Shown here: positions 1 to 7,903 of the stretch, piece after piece
Position numbering within the stretch: the first letter of the stretch is position 1
How the letters are laid out: every line of letters starts with the position of its first letter
DNA from: a virus
Taxonomy: Duplodnaviria; Caudoviricetes
Direction: 5' to 3' (one strand)
DNA length: 31,587 nucleotides
Virus record (IMG/VR): IMGVR_UViG_3300032328_000042
Span: 1 to 31,587 of that record
Notes under the pieces: generated by a model
What the model saw: the letters and a program-made list of their open reading frames with translations, nothing else
Databases searched by the model: none
Told to the model about the DNA's origin: nothing
Made by a program: the position numbers and the translations under genes

Positions 1-96
1 ATTCATGCCCTCGGCCTTGGCGCTGGCGCGTCCCTTGGCATTCAAGCCGCCACTTGCACTCTTTCCCTCTTTACGCTGCCATGCGGGTGTTTTCAT
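1..96 (-). CDS. Small basic protein, DUF6321-like, N-terminal part (runs off the window)
   Basis: Manual translation MKTPAWQRKEGKSASGGLNAKGRASAKAEGMN...; the PAWQRKEGK...GGLNAKGRAS motif is typical of this small phage family. Not in the ORF track. Confidence 0.7.
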   Translation of the reverse strand, partial: MKTPAWQRKEGKSASGGLNAKGRASAKAEGMN

Positions 97-589
97 AAGG
101 AACTTTCTTTAGGACGACATACATGGAGTCAACGGCGCGAGGCAGCCGCATCAACTCATCTTGCGGTAATTTTAGGCTTGCGCCGTACTCACTGAGGCGC
201 ATCTCCAAATGCATCAACTCAAATCTACTGCCTTTCCATCCCAAATACCACGCCCATTCGCAGTAGTAAACCCATGACTTCTCGTTAAAAGCTCTCAAAT
301 GAGTCGGGTCCTGCCACGCGCCATAGCTCAAGTCATAAGGGACATGGATGTGCATTTCGCCACCATCCACCAAAAGGTCGCGGCAGTTGGTCATCGCGCT
401 GACTAGATCAGGCAAATGCTCAAGTACATCATTGGCGATGATCTTTAAAAAGAGCTTGTCTGTATTCAATGGCTTGCAAATATCCACTACCCAGTCGGCT
501 CCAACATCAGCGCGAATGTCAGCATTCACGCAATCTTCGCGGCGATCTTTGCCCGAACCGAGATTAAGAGTTAAACCAGACGGCTGCAT
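71..589 (-). CDS. Class I SAM-dependent methyltransferase (Methyltransf_11-like)
   Basis: LNLGSG SAM-binding motif I, VLEHL motif, DPTH; overlaps the neighbouring glycosyltransferase gene. Confidence 0.8.
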   Translation of the reverse strand: MQPSGLTLNLGSGKDRREDCVNADIRADVGADWVVDICKPLNTDKLFLKIIANDVLEHLPDLVSAMTNCRDLLVDGGEMHIHVPYDLSYGAWQDPTHLRAFNEKSWVYYCEWAWYLGWKGSRFELMHLEMRLSEYGASLKLPQDELMRLPRAVDSMYVVLKKVPYENTRMAA

Positions 590-1262
590 ATTGAGGTCTA
601 TTCTTTCTTATCCAAGGCACTGCCTGCTGGGTCAGTCGGTTGCCGTCCATGCCAATAGTTTGACTGCCAATGTGATGCACATACGATCTTGACAAATAAT
701 GGTGGAAACCCGCTGCACGCAAATCTTCGCAATGCACATCATCCGAATACCAATTCAGCGGTGGGAACTTAAAGCAGTCCCAAGCATCTTTACCGATCCA
801 ACCAAAAATCGGACTAAGCACCTCCATCGGCACAATGGCATCTTCATAGGGATACTTGAAGTAGTGCAACTGCTGATCAAAGGGATTGCTTCGCACATTC
901 TGCACTGGCCTTGCGGCGTCACATCTTGCTGACACCCAGCCAACTGGCTCGCCAGTTTCGTGTATCAATTGAGATACATCCTCCATCAGATACCGATAGC
1001 TGGTGGGGGTCAGCACAATGTCGTCATTGGCGCAGACCACCGAGTCAAACCCATCGGCAAAGGCGCGATCCATGATGTTGTTGTAGTCGTCACCGAAATT
1101 GCTTGGCTTGCCAAAGACTTTCAAGTCAGCGTCAAAGCCGCCAATAGTGGACTCGGGTCCGCGCAAATAGACAGGCACTTCGGGACAATACTCGGCAATG
1201 CTTGTGAGCATCACCCGCAAACCTTTGCCGTGTACTGTGCTGATGCAAATCGGTGAGATCAC
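564..1262 (-). CDS. GT-A fold (family 2-like) glycosyltransferase
   Basis: VVCANDDIV (DxD-like), WYSDD and YVHHIGSQT motifs typical of GT2; GTG start overlaps the upstream stop. Confidence 0.7.
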   Translation of the reverse strand: MISPICISTVHGKGLRVMLTSIAEYCPEVPVYLRGPESTIGGFDADLKVFGKPSNFGDDYNNIMDRAFADGFDSVVCANDDIVLTPTSYRYLMEDVSQLIHETGEPVGWVSARCDAARPVQNVRSNPFDQQLHYFKYPYEDAIVPMEVLSPIFGWIGKDAWDCFKFPPLNWYSDDVHCEDLRAAGFHHYLSRSYVHHIGSQTIGMDGNRLTQQAVPWIRKNRPQYAAVWFNS

Positions 1263-1423
1263 TTCTTTGGCTTTGGCTTCTTGGCAGTCTTTGCGGCCAA
1301 CTTGAAGTCAGCAGCAGACGGCGCGGCCTTGGAGCCAACCTTGTTCATCTTCTCGCCAGAGCCTGCTTTGATACGCGCTTGCTTGGCATTGATGTTGGCA
1401 TAAAGCCCAGGCTTAGTCTTCAT
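1259..1423 (-). CDS. Small Lys/Ala-rich basic protein (54 aa)
   Basis: MKTKPGLYANINAKQARIKAGSGEKMNKVGSKAAPSAADFKLAAKTAKKPKPKK; start trimmed to the ATG at 1423, overlapping the previous gene end. Confidence 0.75.
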   Translation of the reverse strand: MKTKPGLYANINAKQARIKAGSGEKMNKVGSKAAPSAADFKLAAKTAKKPKPKK

Positions 1424-1901
1424 TTCTTGTTCCAATCCTGATTGTGAGTAAGGATTTGCCATCATCAGAATCGCTCTCTTCCTCATTTTCTTCCACCACC
1501 CAAGCTGAACAAGTACGGCTGGACGCGCACTTGAAGTCAAAAATTTCACAGTAACCCAAGTCACCAGCATCAATCATCGCCCATGGGTCGCCCTCTTCGC
1601 CAATACCTTTGGCAATGCACTCCAGCATGGAGTCATCTTGGTTGAACGCGGCGCAGTTACCGCAAACACTCATCTTCGCCTCTTCGGGATCAACTTCCCA
1701 CTCACGCGCCATCTCCATCCAAAATTGCTTGTTTGGCAACTTAGGATTCTCTGGACCATAGTTGGCGCTCTCAATCGCCTTGGAGCGATTCTTCAGATTC
1801 AGCGTGATGTCTTGCGTTGCAATGGGGCAGCTCTCTTCGCCGCCCTCATAACCCTCGTCCTGATCCATGGCTTGATCCATGGTGCGTTTTAGTGTCGCCA
1901 T
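1413..1901 (-). CDS. Acidic Cys-rich protein with HiPIP-like/metal-binding motif
   Basis: CGNC...C...GYC..FDFKC....TCSAW; coupled to the upstream gene by TAATG overlap. Confidence 0.65.
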   Translation of the reverse strand: MATLKRTMDQAMDQDEGYEGGEESCPIATQDITLNLKNRSKAIESANYGPENPKLPNKQFWMEMAREWEVDPEEAKMSVCGNCAAFNQDDSMLECIAKGIGEEGDPWAMIDAGDLGYCEIFDFKCASSRTCSAWVVEENEEESDSDDGKSLLTIRIGTRNED

Positions 1902-2095
1902 TACTTCATCCCCTTTGACTTCATGTTCTTGGCTGTACGGCTGCCGCGCATAGGCAACTTGGCCTCAGACATCGCAATAGCAATAGCCTGCTTTGGATTC
2001 TTGACTACCTTGCCGCCTTTGCCACTGTGCAAAGTGCCAGACTTGTACTCACCCATCACCTTGCCAACTTTCTTGGCTGCTTTGGTCATCTTCAT
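1901..2095 (-). CDS. Small basic protein, DUF6496-like
   Basis: KVGKVMGEYKSGTLHSGKGGKVVKNPKQAIAIAMSEA motif; AAGGGG RBS upstream. Confidence 0.75.
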   Translation of the reverse strand: MKMTKAAKKVGKVMGEYKSGTLHSGKGGKVVKNPKQAIAIAMSEAKLPMRGSRTAKNMKSKGMK

Positions 2096-2125
2096 TTGAA
2101 TACCCCTTTAAAAACAATTAACGAA

Positions 2126-3601
2126 TTATGCAACCCTTGAGAGGTTTCTTTTCAACGGCTGACTCCACTTGGTACTGGCCTTGGACCCCATCATGCCGAT
2201 CACCGCATCTGATGCGAATGTCAAGCAAAACGCATCAGCCTTGTCAGGACTCGCCAAGCCGCGCTTCTTGATGTCATCCTTGCTCTCAATCTGAATCTTG
2301 CCGTTGCTTGTAAACATATAGCGGACAGTCGCCAACTCAGCCACCAGCAACTCATCTTTGGGCAACTTACAGTCCCGCTGCTCTAGCCACGCCTTGGCTT
2401 TGTACCAAAGCTCGGCCTTTAAATTCCTGTAAGTACCACCCATTGCCGGACTCTCAGACACGTTGATGCCGCGAGCTGGCAGATTCAACTCTTTTAGCCT
2501 GTCCACCACGCCAGCACCTAATCCAATGGAGTCAACCAGTATCTCCTCTGGCCTGTCGCTCGGCGCCAACGCCTCAAACTCAGCCACCACCGCACCAGTC
2601 AACTGCATCAGGTCCAAGTTTTTCCAAGTCTTGATCGGCTCAATCACCGCATTACCGCGGCGCTTGCACAAAGCAGACCGATCTGAGCCAAACCGCGCAA
2701 CGTCCAATCCCCACACCAGTGGCGCATAAGGTGACGCCTCAACATCCCGATTCATCGCCAAGTCCAGCAACTCCATGGGAATGACAGTATCTTCATCCGA
2801 TCTCGGGAATTCACCCAAGACGCGGATGCGGTAGGCGTTGGACTCCTCGCCATACCGCGCTTTCATCTCCTCAATGTAAGCCTCACTGACTCGGGGTGAG
2901 TCGGCGCAGGACACGCGCATGGTTACCCAGTCACCCGCCAATCGATTATGGGTGTCGTAAAAGAAACCGCTGGAACGCACAGGGTTGCCCAGCAGTAGCG
3001 TGACGGCATTGTGGCCAGACATAGAACCAGATGCCGCCTCAAATACTTTCTCAGGCACGCCGGATGCCTCATCAGCCACCAGCATTACGTTGTCGCTGTG
3101 GACACCTTGGAGCGCCTCGGGCTGCTCGGCGCGACTTGTCCTGGCAGAGATAAACGCCTCTTCGTTGGCGTCTTTCACCTCAATGCGGTCTTGCTTCACC
3201 TCCAACTGGTCAGCCAGCATAGGAGGCAGCACCTTGACCCAACGCTTAACCTCCGCAAACAAGGCGTCATACAACTGGCTGGATGTCGGCGCAGTCACCA
3301 CTACCTTGACAGGAAAGCGCAGGAATAGATACCAAATCATCGCCCAGGCTGACGCGGTCGATTTGCCCACGCCGTGTCCACTTCGCACTGATATGCGGCG
3401 GTTGCCGGCGGCGATGTGGTTCAAGAACTCCACTTGCCACGCATCAGGCTCGGTGTTCAGTACCTCCTTGACAAAGAGGACAGGGTTATTTTTGTAGAGC
3501 TTGACGAATTCGACAAAAGGGTTATTCACCACCAAATCATTCGAATTTTTTTTCGGGACAGGCTTTGTCGCGGTGGGGGGTAGGGGGGTGGGGTTGCTCA
3601 T
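2126..3601 (-). CDS. terL: Terminase large subunit
   Basis: Walker A RSGHGVGKS, Walker B LVADEASG, coupling motif GNP, nuclease motifs GLDVARFGSD and SPDKADA. The true start may be a few codons downstream. Confidence 0.95.
   Translation of the reverse strand: MSNPTPLPPTATKPVPKKNSNDLVVNNPFVEFVKLYKNNPVLFVKEVLNTEPDAWQVEFLNHIAAGNRRISVRSGHGVGKSTASAWAMIWYLFLRFPVKVVVTAPTSSQLYDALFAEVKRWVKVLPPMLADQLEVKQDRIEVKDANEEAFISARTSRAEQPEALQGVHSDNVMLVADEASGVPEKVFEAASGSMSGHNAVTLLLGNPVRSSGFFYDTHNRLAGDWVTMRVSCADSPRVSEAYIEEMKARYGEESNAYRIRVLGEFPRSDEDTVIPMELLDLAMNRDVEASPYAPLVWGLDVARFGSDRSALCKRRGNAVIEPIKTWKNLDLMQLTGAVVAEFEALAPSDRPEEILVDSIGLGAGVVDRLKELNLPARGINVSESPAMGGTYRNLKAELWYKAKAWLEQRDCKLPKDELLVAELATVRYMFTSNGKIQIESKDDIKKRGLASPDKADAFCLTFASDAVIGMMGSKASTKWSQPLKRNLSRVA
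3578..3585 (+). promoter_or_regulatory. KOPS octamer GGGTAGGG (FtsK orienting sequence) pointing toward the dif-like site
   Basis: Exact GGGNAGGG match in a G-rich tract, followed by near-match GGGTGGGG (3586-3593), about 180 bp from the dif-like site. Confidence 0.45.
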
Positions 3602-3731
3602 GGCGATATGTGTTTAGGTGCTGCTGCTGCCGCCCCCGCCGCCGCGATCAAAGGGGGGGGTCAGCGCGGCCACGGCCAGCCGCCGGCGGCCAGTAAACGG
3701 CTGCAAAGTTATCCACAGGTCGATGCGTCTG

Positions 3732-3744
3732 TAAGTCATTGATT
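3732..3744 (-). promoter_or_regulatory. IHF binding site
   Basis: Reverse complement AATCAATGACTTA is an exact WATCAANNNNTTR match, with an AT-rich tract on its 5' side. Confidence 0.7.
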
Positions 3745-3763
3745 CATATACTTTCTTACACGA

Positions 3764-3805
3764 ACCTTACATAATCGGTTTAATACGATGTTCATTATGT
3801 TAACT
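3764..3805. other. Two overlapping, inverted dif-like (XerC/XerD) sites
   Basis: Plus strand 3778-3805: GTTTAATACGA-TGTTCA-TTATGTTAACT. Minus strand 3791-3764: ACATCGTATTA-AACCGA-TTATGTAAGGT. The XerD arms match E. coli TTATGTTAAAT at 10/11 and 8/11 positions with 11-6-11 spacing; the XerC arms are divergent. Confidence 0.7.
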
Positions 3806-3878
3806 TTATTGTGGATAACTACAGCGATTCTGCTTAATGCGTAGGCAGTTTGCACTTGTCCACAGGGCAATGTGTGCA

Positions 3879-4310
3879 TCATTGGCTTTTTTCTGTGGAT
3901 AAGTCATCGATCACCTCGACATGACGCAACGCGGCCATGCGTAGATCCTGCACGTTGATGTTGATCTGCTGCGCCTTTTGTAAGCCATAAGTCTTCTGAT
4001 CCCATCGCTCGGCCAGCCACTGGCGAGTGCGGATGCGCTGGACATCGCGCTGCGGATTGCTGTCAGCCATGCTGTCAGCGATCTTGATAGTGTCACAAGC
4101 CATCAGATCGGCAGCACGCATGCGCGCGCGCGTAATCATAGCACCATGATCGTTTTCCTCGATCCAATCCTCTAGCGCACGCTTACCTATGCCCAAATCG
4201 ATGCATATGTCTGCAATGCTTTTGCCGCTCTCCACCATGCTGAAGATCATCTCTTCTGGCATCTCATTGAGAAAAGCGACATCCTTTCTTCGCTTTGGTG
4301 TTCCTGCCAT
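3879..4310 (-). CDS. terS: Terminase small subunit (Sf6 gp1-like)
   Basis: N-terminal HTH (SGKSIADICIDLGI), helical RARMRAAD...RIRTRQWLAERW segment, position upstream of terL. Confidence 0.8.
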   Translation of the reverse strand: MAGTPKRRKDVAFLNEMPEEMIFSMVESGKSIADICIDLGIGKRALEDWIEENDHGAMITRARMRAADLMACDTIKIADSMADSNPQRDVQRIRTRQWLAERWDQKTYGLQKAQQININVQDLRMAALRHVEVIDDLSTEKSQ

Positions 4311-4388
4311 GCTTAGAACCCCTTTAAAGCGGTTTTAACGCGCTGGACGATGTCCAGTACCTTTTCACGGATAAATGCCGCTATGAGC

Positions 4389-5057
4389 TTAAATTGAGCC
4401 ATCTCTGAACCTTTCTGCTTGTTTGCTGTTGAACTTGTAGTCCATGGTGTCATTGTCGCTGAATGTCAGATCGTTTTCAAAGTCATCAAAGCCTGTTGCC
4501 CCGCCAGGCTTATGCTTGTACTTGGTGACTTGAGCTGTAGGCACAAGCGCCTTGGCCTTGATCAAGTGCTGAACTCCCTCGTCCGACATAAACACCTCCA
4601 TCTCTTGCATTGACCAGATATGGTGATTCGCCAAGTCCTGACGCTGAGTCTGTATGGCCACTGCCTCGTTGACACTTCGCACAATCACCATAGTCTGACC
4701 ATTCTGCATTTCCCACTCAATCCGAGGAATGGCTGACGCTGGCTCCAACCCCTCTTCGGTTGCCCACTGATCCAGTACGCCATACGCCCTGATCATCCCC
4801 GCCACGCTTGAATCGAACTTCGCCCAATCTTTGGACTCCATCGCTTGATGCAATCTGCTGTTCTGTAGCCAAAATTTCTCTCTCAGCTCACTGCTTACTA
4901 AAGTAGTCAGTCGATTTTCTCCCCATTTCCTATCACTGGCAGCCTTGACCGACTCCAACTCCACCAGTTTTGATTGAACGTGAATCGTCCAAGGATCTGC
5001 CTTTGGACTTGGATGCTCCACCACTGGATGCTTTTTGGATGCTCTTTTTGTCGCCAT
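4389..5057 (-). CDS. Hypothetical protein (222 aa)
   Basis: Long ORF with GGGAGA RBS; lies between the origin-like repeats and terS. Confidence 0.75.
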   Translation of the reverse strand: MATKRASKKHPVVEHPSPKADPWTIHVQSKLVELESVKAASDRKWGENRLTTLVSSELREKFWLQNSRLHQAMESKDWAKFDSSVAGMIRAYGVLDQWATEEGLEPASAIPRIEWEMQNGQTMVIVRSVNEAVAIQTQRQDLANHHIWSMQEMEVFMSDEGVQHLIKAKALVPTAQVTKYKHKPGGATGFDDFENDLTFSDNDTMDYKFNSKQAERFRDGSI

Positions 5058-5099
5058 TTCATTTCTCCCTGTTTTGGTGCAACTCGGTCACATACAGTG

Positions 5100-5200
5100 G
5101 TAACAAACCTCCGAGTCTTAGACTCTCGGTTTGTGACTTGTTACCTGTACGGAACAAACAAGTTACGTTTGTTACCTGTTTGTTACTTGTTACCTGTTTA
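5100..5200. repeat. Iteron-like repeats plus hairpin; probable replication origin
   Basis: TTGTTACCTGT at 5138, 5169 and 5187; TTGTTAC at 5180; variants at 5131 and 5160; inverted GTAACAA at 5100; hairpin ACAAACC..GAGTC-TTA-GACTC..GGTTTGT; immediately downstream of the primase-helicase. Confidence 0.7.
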
Positions 5201-5201
5201 T

Positions 5202-7274
5202 TCATACAGCCTCAAATCCCATCGGTTTGTGCTGCAACCACACATAATCGTCCCTGATATCGCCCTCGCCTGACTTCTGCAAGTCGTCCTTAGCACGCTT
5301 CCACGCCATCTTGAATGAGCTTTTATCCTCATCAGTACACCCCATCTTTGACCACAATTCCTGTCTCCACAGCTCCAACTTGATGGCATGGCGCTGTAAA
5401 CCTTCTATGTACTTTGGCGCTCCATGCTCTTTGACCATTCTCTCCAAGCACTGCACCGCCAGTCGCTGATTCTTGCCACTCCCCGCGTTGCTCTTGCCTG
5501 CCTTTTTGGGTGTCTCGTTGACGGCTGAATCGCTGGCCTGCACCGCCAAGCTGACGACTGGATCGCTAAGTCCCAAGCCTGCTGGCCTGATCTCCACCTC
5601 GACCATCTCAAAGCCAAATCTAGTCCCCTGCTCCCCATCTTTCTGTTTAGTGATGGTGAGAACCCCTTTAGGCTGATCCTCAAAGCGCAGCAACTCCAGC
5701 TCTGTATCCACGGCTCCTAACAGGCTTGAGCTGCCCCGCATACCAAGCTGGACGTTCTTTCCGCTGTGATGCAGCACCATCAAGGCGCAATTGAGGAATT
5801 CTTGGATCTTGCCCATAGATACGACAAAGCCCATCATTTCGCCGCTGTCGTTCTCATTGCCGCCGCCAAAGGCGCGAGCCAAGGTATCCACTATGGCCAA
5901 CCTAAACTCCACGCCTGTTTCCTCCACCAGTTGCACCACGGCCATCATCAAGGCGTTAAAGTCTTCGGCACTGGATCTGAGGTTGAGCTGATGCCTAACC
6001 ACATAGATAGGTGCGCCGCTCTCGGTTTGGTGGTGGATCTTGATCGCCTTGATCCTTGCGCCGACTCCCCCAAAGCCCTCGCCGCACAGCATCAGCACAG
6101 CGCCTGGCTTGCTAACCTCCCTACCCATCCACGATCTGCCTGTAGCTATCGCCTCGGCCATATCCAAGGCCATGAAGCTCTTGAAGCTACCAGGTGGGCC
6201 AAACAGGGCAGAGAACGAACCCGCTACCAGCACCCCTTGTATCAACCACTCGACTGGCTCATCCTCAATAGAGTCCCAATGCTCAATCCTGATAGTCTTA
6301 GCGGGTTTGGGCTTGTCTGCTTCCTTTGGTGGGTCAGGCGCGAACTCATGTGCAATATCTGCCTGTTTCTGTACATGAGAATCCTGATGTGTATAGATTT
6401 CGTCTGTTTTTGTACTTGAGGCTGTAATCGCCTGTAGTCTTTCGGGTATCGTTACATCATCCACGCTGGTGATCTTTGGCGCCGCCTTGACCAACGCTGC
6501 CAGCTCTGCCCTGCCGCCGCCTGCCTCAATGAACTCAAACGCGTCATCGCCCTGCTCTTGCAGTCCGAGGTCTACTACCTTGACCGCCTTGGCAGTTGGC
6601 AGTATGGCCTCGGCTGCCTTGCGAGCGTATGACCATCCACTCAGATCGTTGTCCGGCAGGATCACTACATTCGCGCCAGCGAAATATTCGGTGATGGCCT
6701 CTGGCCAATGGCCTGCGCCACTGTGCGCGGTGGTCGCCACTACGCCAAGTGACATCAGCGCGTCCACGGCTTTCTCACCCTCGGCCAAATAAATTATTCT
6801 TCCCGCTGTCTTCGCGTCTAGCAGCTCGGGCAACTTGTAGGGGACTATGCGTGCGTCACCCAGCGTTGGGTATCGTTTGCCGTCTCTGTCTACTTTGTAT
6901 AAACGATACGTCTTGCCTGTTTCTCCAACGCGCAGTCGGTGCTTAACGAATACTGTGACGCGGTCCTCGTCTTGATACTGCCATTCCTGCTGGAACTCGA
7001 CTTTGGGTAGTGGCTTAATGTTGGCGAGTGGATCTGGCCGTTCTTCTAGTTCGGGTAAGAGCTGCATATCCCTGATGGTTTGGAATACCGATTCCTGAGT
7101 GCAGCCACCATGACAGTGGAAGAGAGGCTTGCCCTCATCATCAATGTGTACGCTGAGACTTGGATTCTTGTCGCCGTTGCCCTTGCCGTGACTCGGTACT
7201 GGGCATGATGCTACCCACTGCCCATTTGCGCGTTTCGCGTTGCCGAGCGACTTGGCTATTTGTTCTGCTTGCAT
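5202..7274 (-). CDS. DNA primase-helicase (Zn-binding + TOPRIM + RepA/AAA_25 helicase)
   Basis: CPVPSH...CHGGC Zn finger; EGEKAVD and PDND TOPRIM motifs; GPPGSFKS Walker A; IVDTLAR Walker B; HHSGK; RGSSSL. Confidence 0.92.
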   Translation of the reverse strand: MQAEQIAKSLGNAKRANGQWVASCPVPSHGKGNGDKNPSLSVHIDDEGKPLFHCHGGCTQESVFQTIRDMQLLPELEERPDPLANIKPLPKVEFQQEWQYQDEDRVTVFVKHRLRVGETGKTYRLYKVDRDGKRYPTLGDARIVPYKLPELLDAKTAGRIIYLAEGEKAVDALMSLGVVATTAHSGAGHWPEAITEYFAGANVVILPDNDLSGWSYARKAAEAILPTAKAVKVVDLGLQEQGDDAFEFIEAGGGRAELAALVKAAPKITSVDDVTIPERLQAITASSTKTDEIYTHQDSHVQKQADIAHEFAPDPPKEADKPKPAKTIRIEHWDSIEDEPVEWLIQGVLVAGSFSALFGPPGSFKSFMALDMAEAIATGRSWMGREVSKPGAVLMLCGEGFGGVGARIKAIKIHHQTESGAPIYVVRHQLNLRSSAEDFNALMMAVVQLVEETGVEFRLAIVDTLARAFGGGNENDSGEMMGFVVSMGKIQEFLNCALMVLHHSGKNVQLGMRGSSSLLGAVDTELELLRFEDQPKGVLTITKQKDGEQGTRFGFEMVEVEIRPAGLGLSDPVVSLAVQASDSAVNETPKKAGKSNAGSGKNQRLAVQCLERMVKEHGAPKYIEGLQRHAIKLELWRQELWSKMGCTDEDKSSFKMAWKRAKDDLQKSGEGDIRDDYVWLQHKPMGFEAV

Positions 7275-7879
7275 TAGTTACCCCATTGAGATGCCATTGC
7301 ATCAGCAATACCTTGGAATGTTTTGCTTCTTATTTTTTTGATCTCAGGCGTGTTCCAGCCTATCTTTTTTCCGTCCACTACTGTGTCCCCATACCAAGAC
7401 GGCAACTTCTTGCCACTTGGTGATGTGTAGAACTCACCTTTGCCGACAATATTTGTATGTATAAGAAGTGGCAAATCTTTAAGCCATAGACAGGTTGTCT
7501 TTTGTGCCTCGTCACCAAACTGCCAGGGCTGGATGATTTGATCGGGCTTTCGGATACGGCTTGAGATTATGCTGATCGGGTTTTCAAGTGCAATGCGCGG
7601 TATAGGTGCAGCAAGTAACTTCCTGACAAACTCCAATGCATCTGCTTGCTCTTGTTGTTTGTCCTTAAACCACCTTGCGCCTGACACTGCTAAGTGTGTG
7701 CATGGTGGGTGAGCAATCATTAAATCAAATCCATCATTGATGATGTCAAACACATCACCTTGGTAGTGGGGTCCATCACTTTCGGTGGGTAAGATATCGC
7801 AAGATATCGCGTCATGACCTTTTTTTATAAATGCATCTCTGACGATTCCTGAGTATTCGCAGGCGATTAAAACTCTCAT
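7274..7879 (-). CDS. Phage C5-cytosine DNA methyltransferase-like protein
   Basis: MRVLIACEYSG motif I variant, HPPCT catalytic motif IV, ENP motif VI; start set at ATG 7879 downstream of the terminator. Confidence 0.75.
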   Translation of the reverse strand: MRVLIACEYSGIVRDAFIKKGHDAISCDILPTESDGPHYQGDVFDIINDGFDLMIAHPPCTHLAVSGARWFKDKQQEQADALEFVRKLLAAPIPRIALENPISIISSRIRKPDQIIQPWQFGDEAQKTTCLWLKDLPLLIHTNIVGKGEFYTSPSGKKLPSWYGDTVVDGKKIGWNTPEIKKIRSKTFQGIADAMASQWGN

Positions 7880-7903
7880 ATTTAGTTGCCATTTTTTAGA
7901 GGA

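Larger units (their letters stand above)
3709..3902. promoter_or_regulatory. DnaA box cluster
   Basis: Perfect TTATCCACA at 3709-3717(+), 3810-3818(-) and 3894-3902(-); one-mismatch boxes at 3856-3864(+) and 3873-3881(-). Confidence 0.8.

Noticed and set aside
2463-3497. Plus-strand ORFs antisense to terL
   Set aside because: Shadow frames of a clearly conserved gene; no RBS or motifs
5100-5200. Possible CRISPR mini-array
   Set aside because: Repeats are only 7-11 bp with irregular short spacing
4970-5273. Plus-strand ORFs across the TTGTTAC repeats
   Set aside because: Their translations just mirror the DNA repeats; better explained as a non-coding origin
5405-6946. Several 65-217 aa ORFs within the primase-helicase
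   Set aside because: Antisense or alternate-frame by-products
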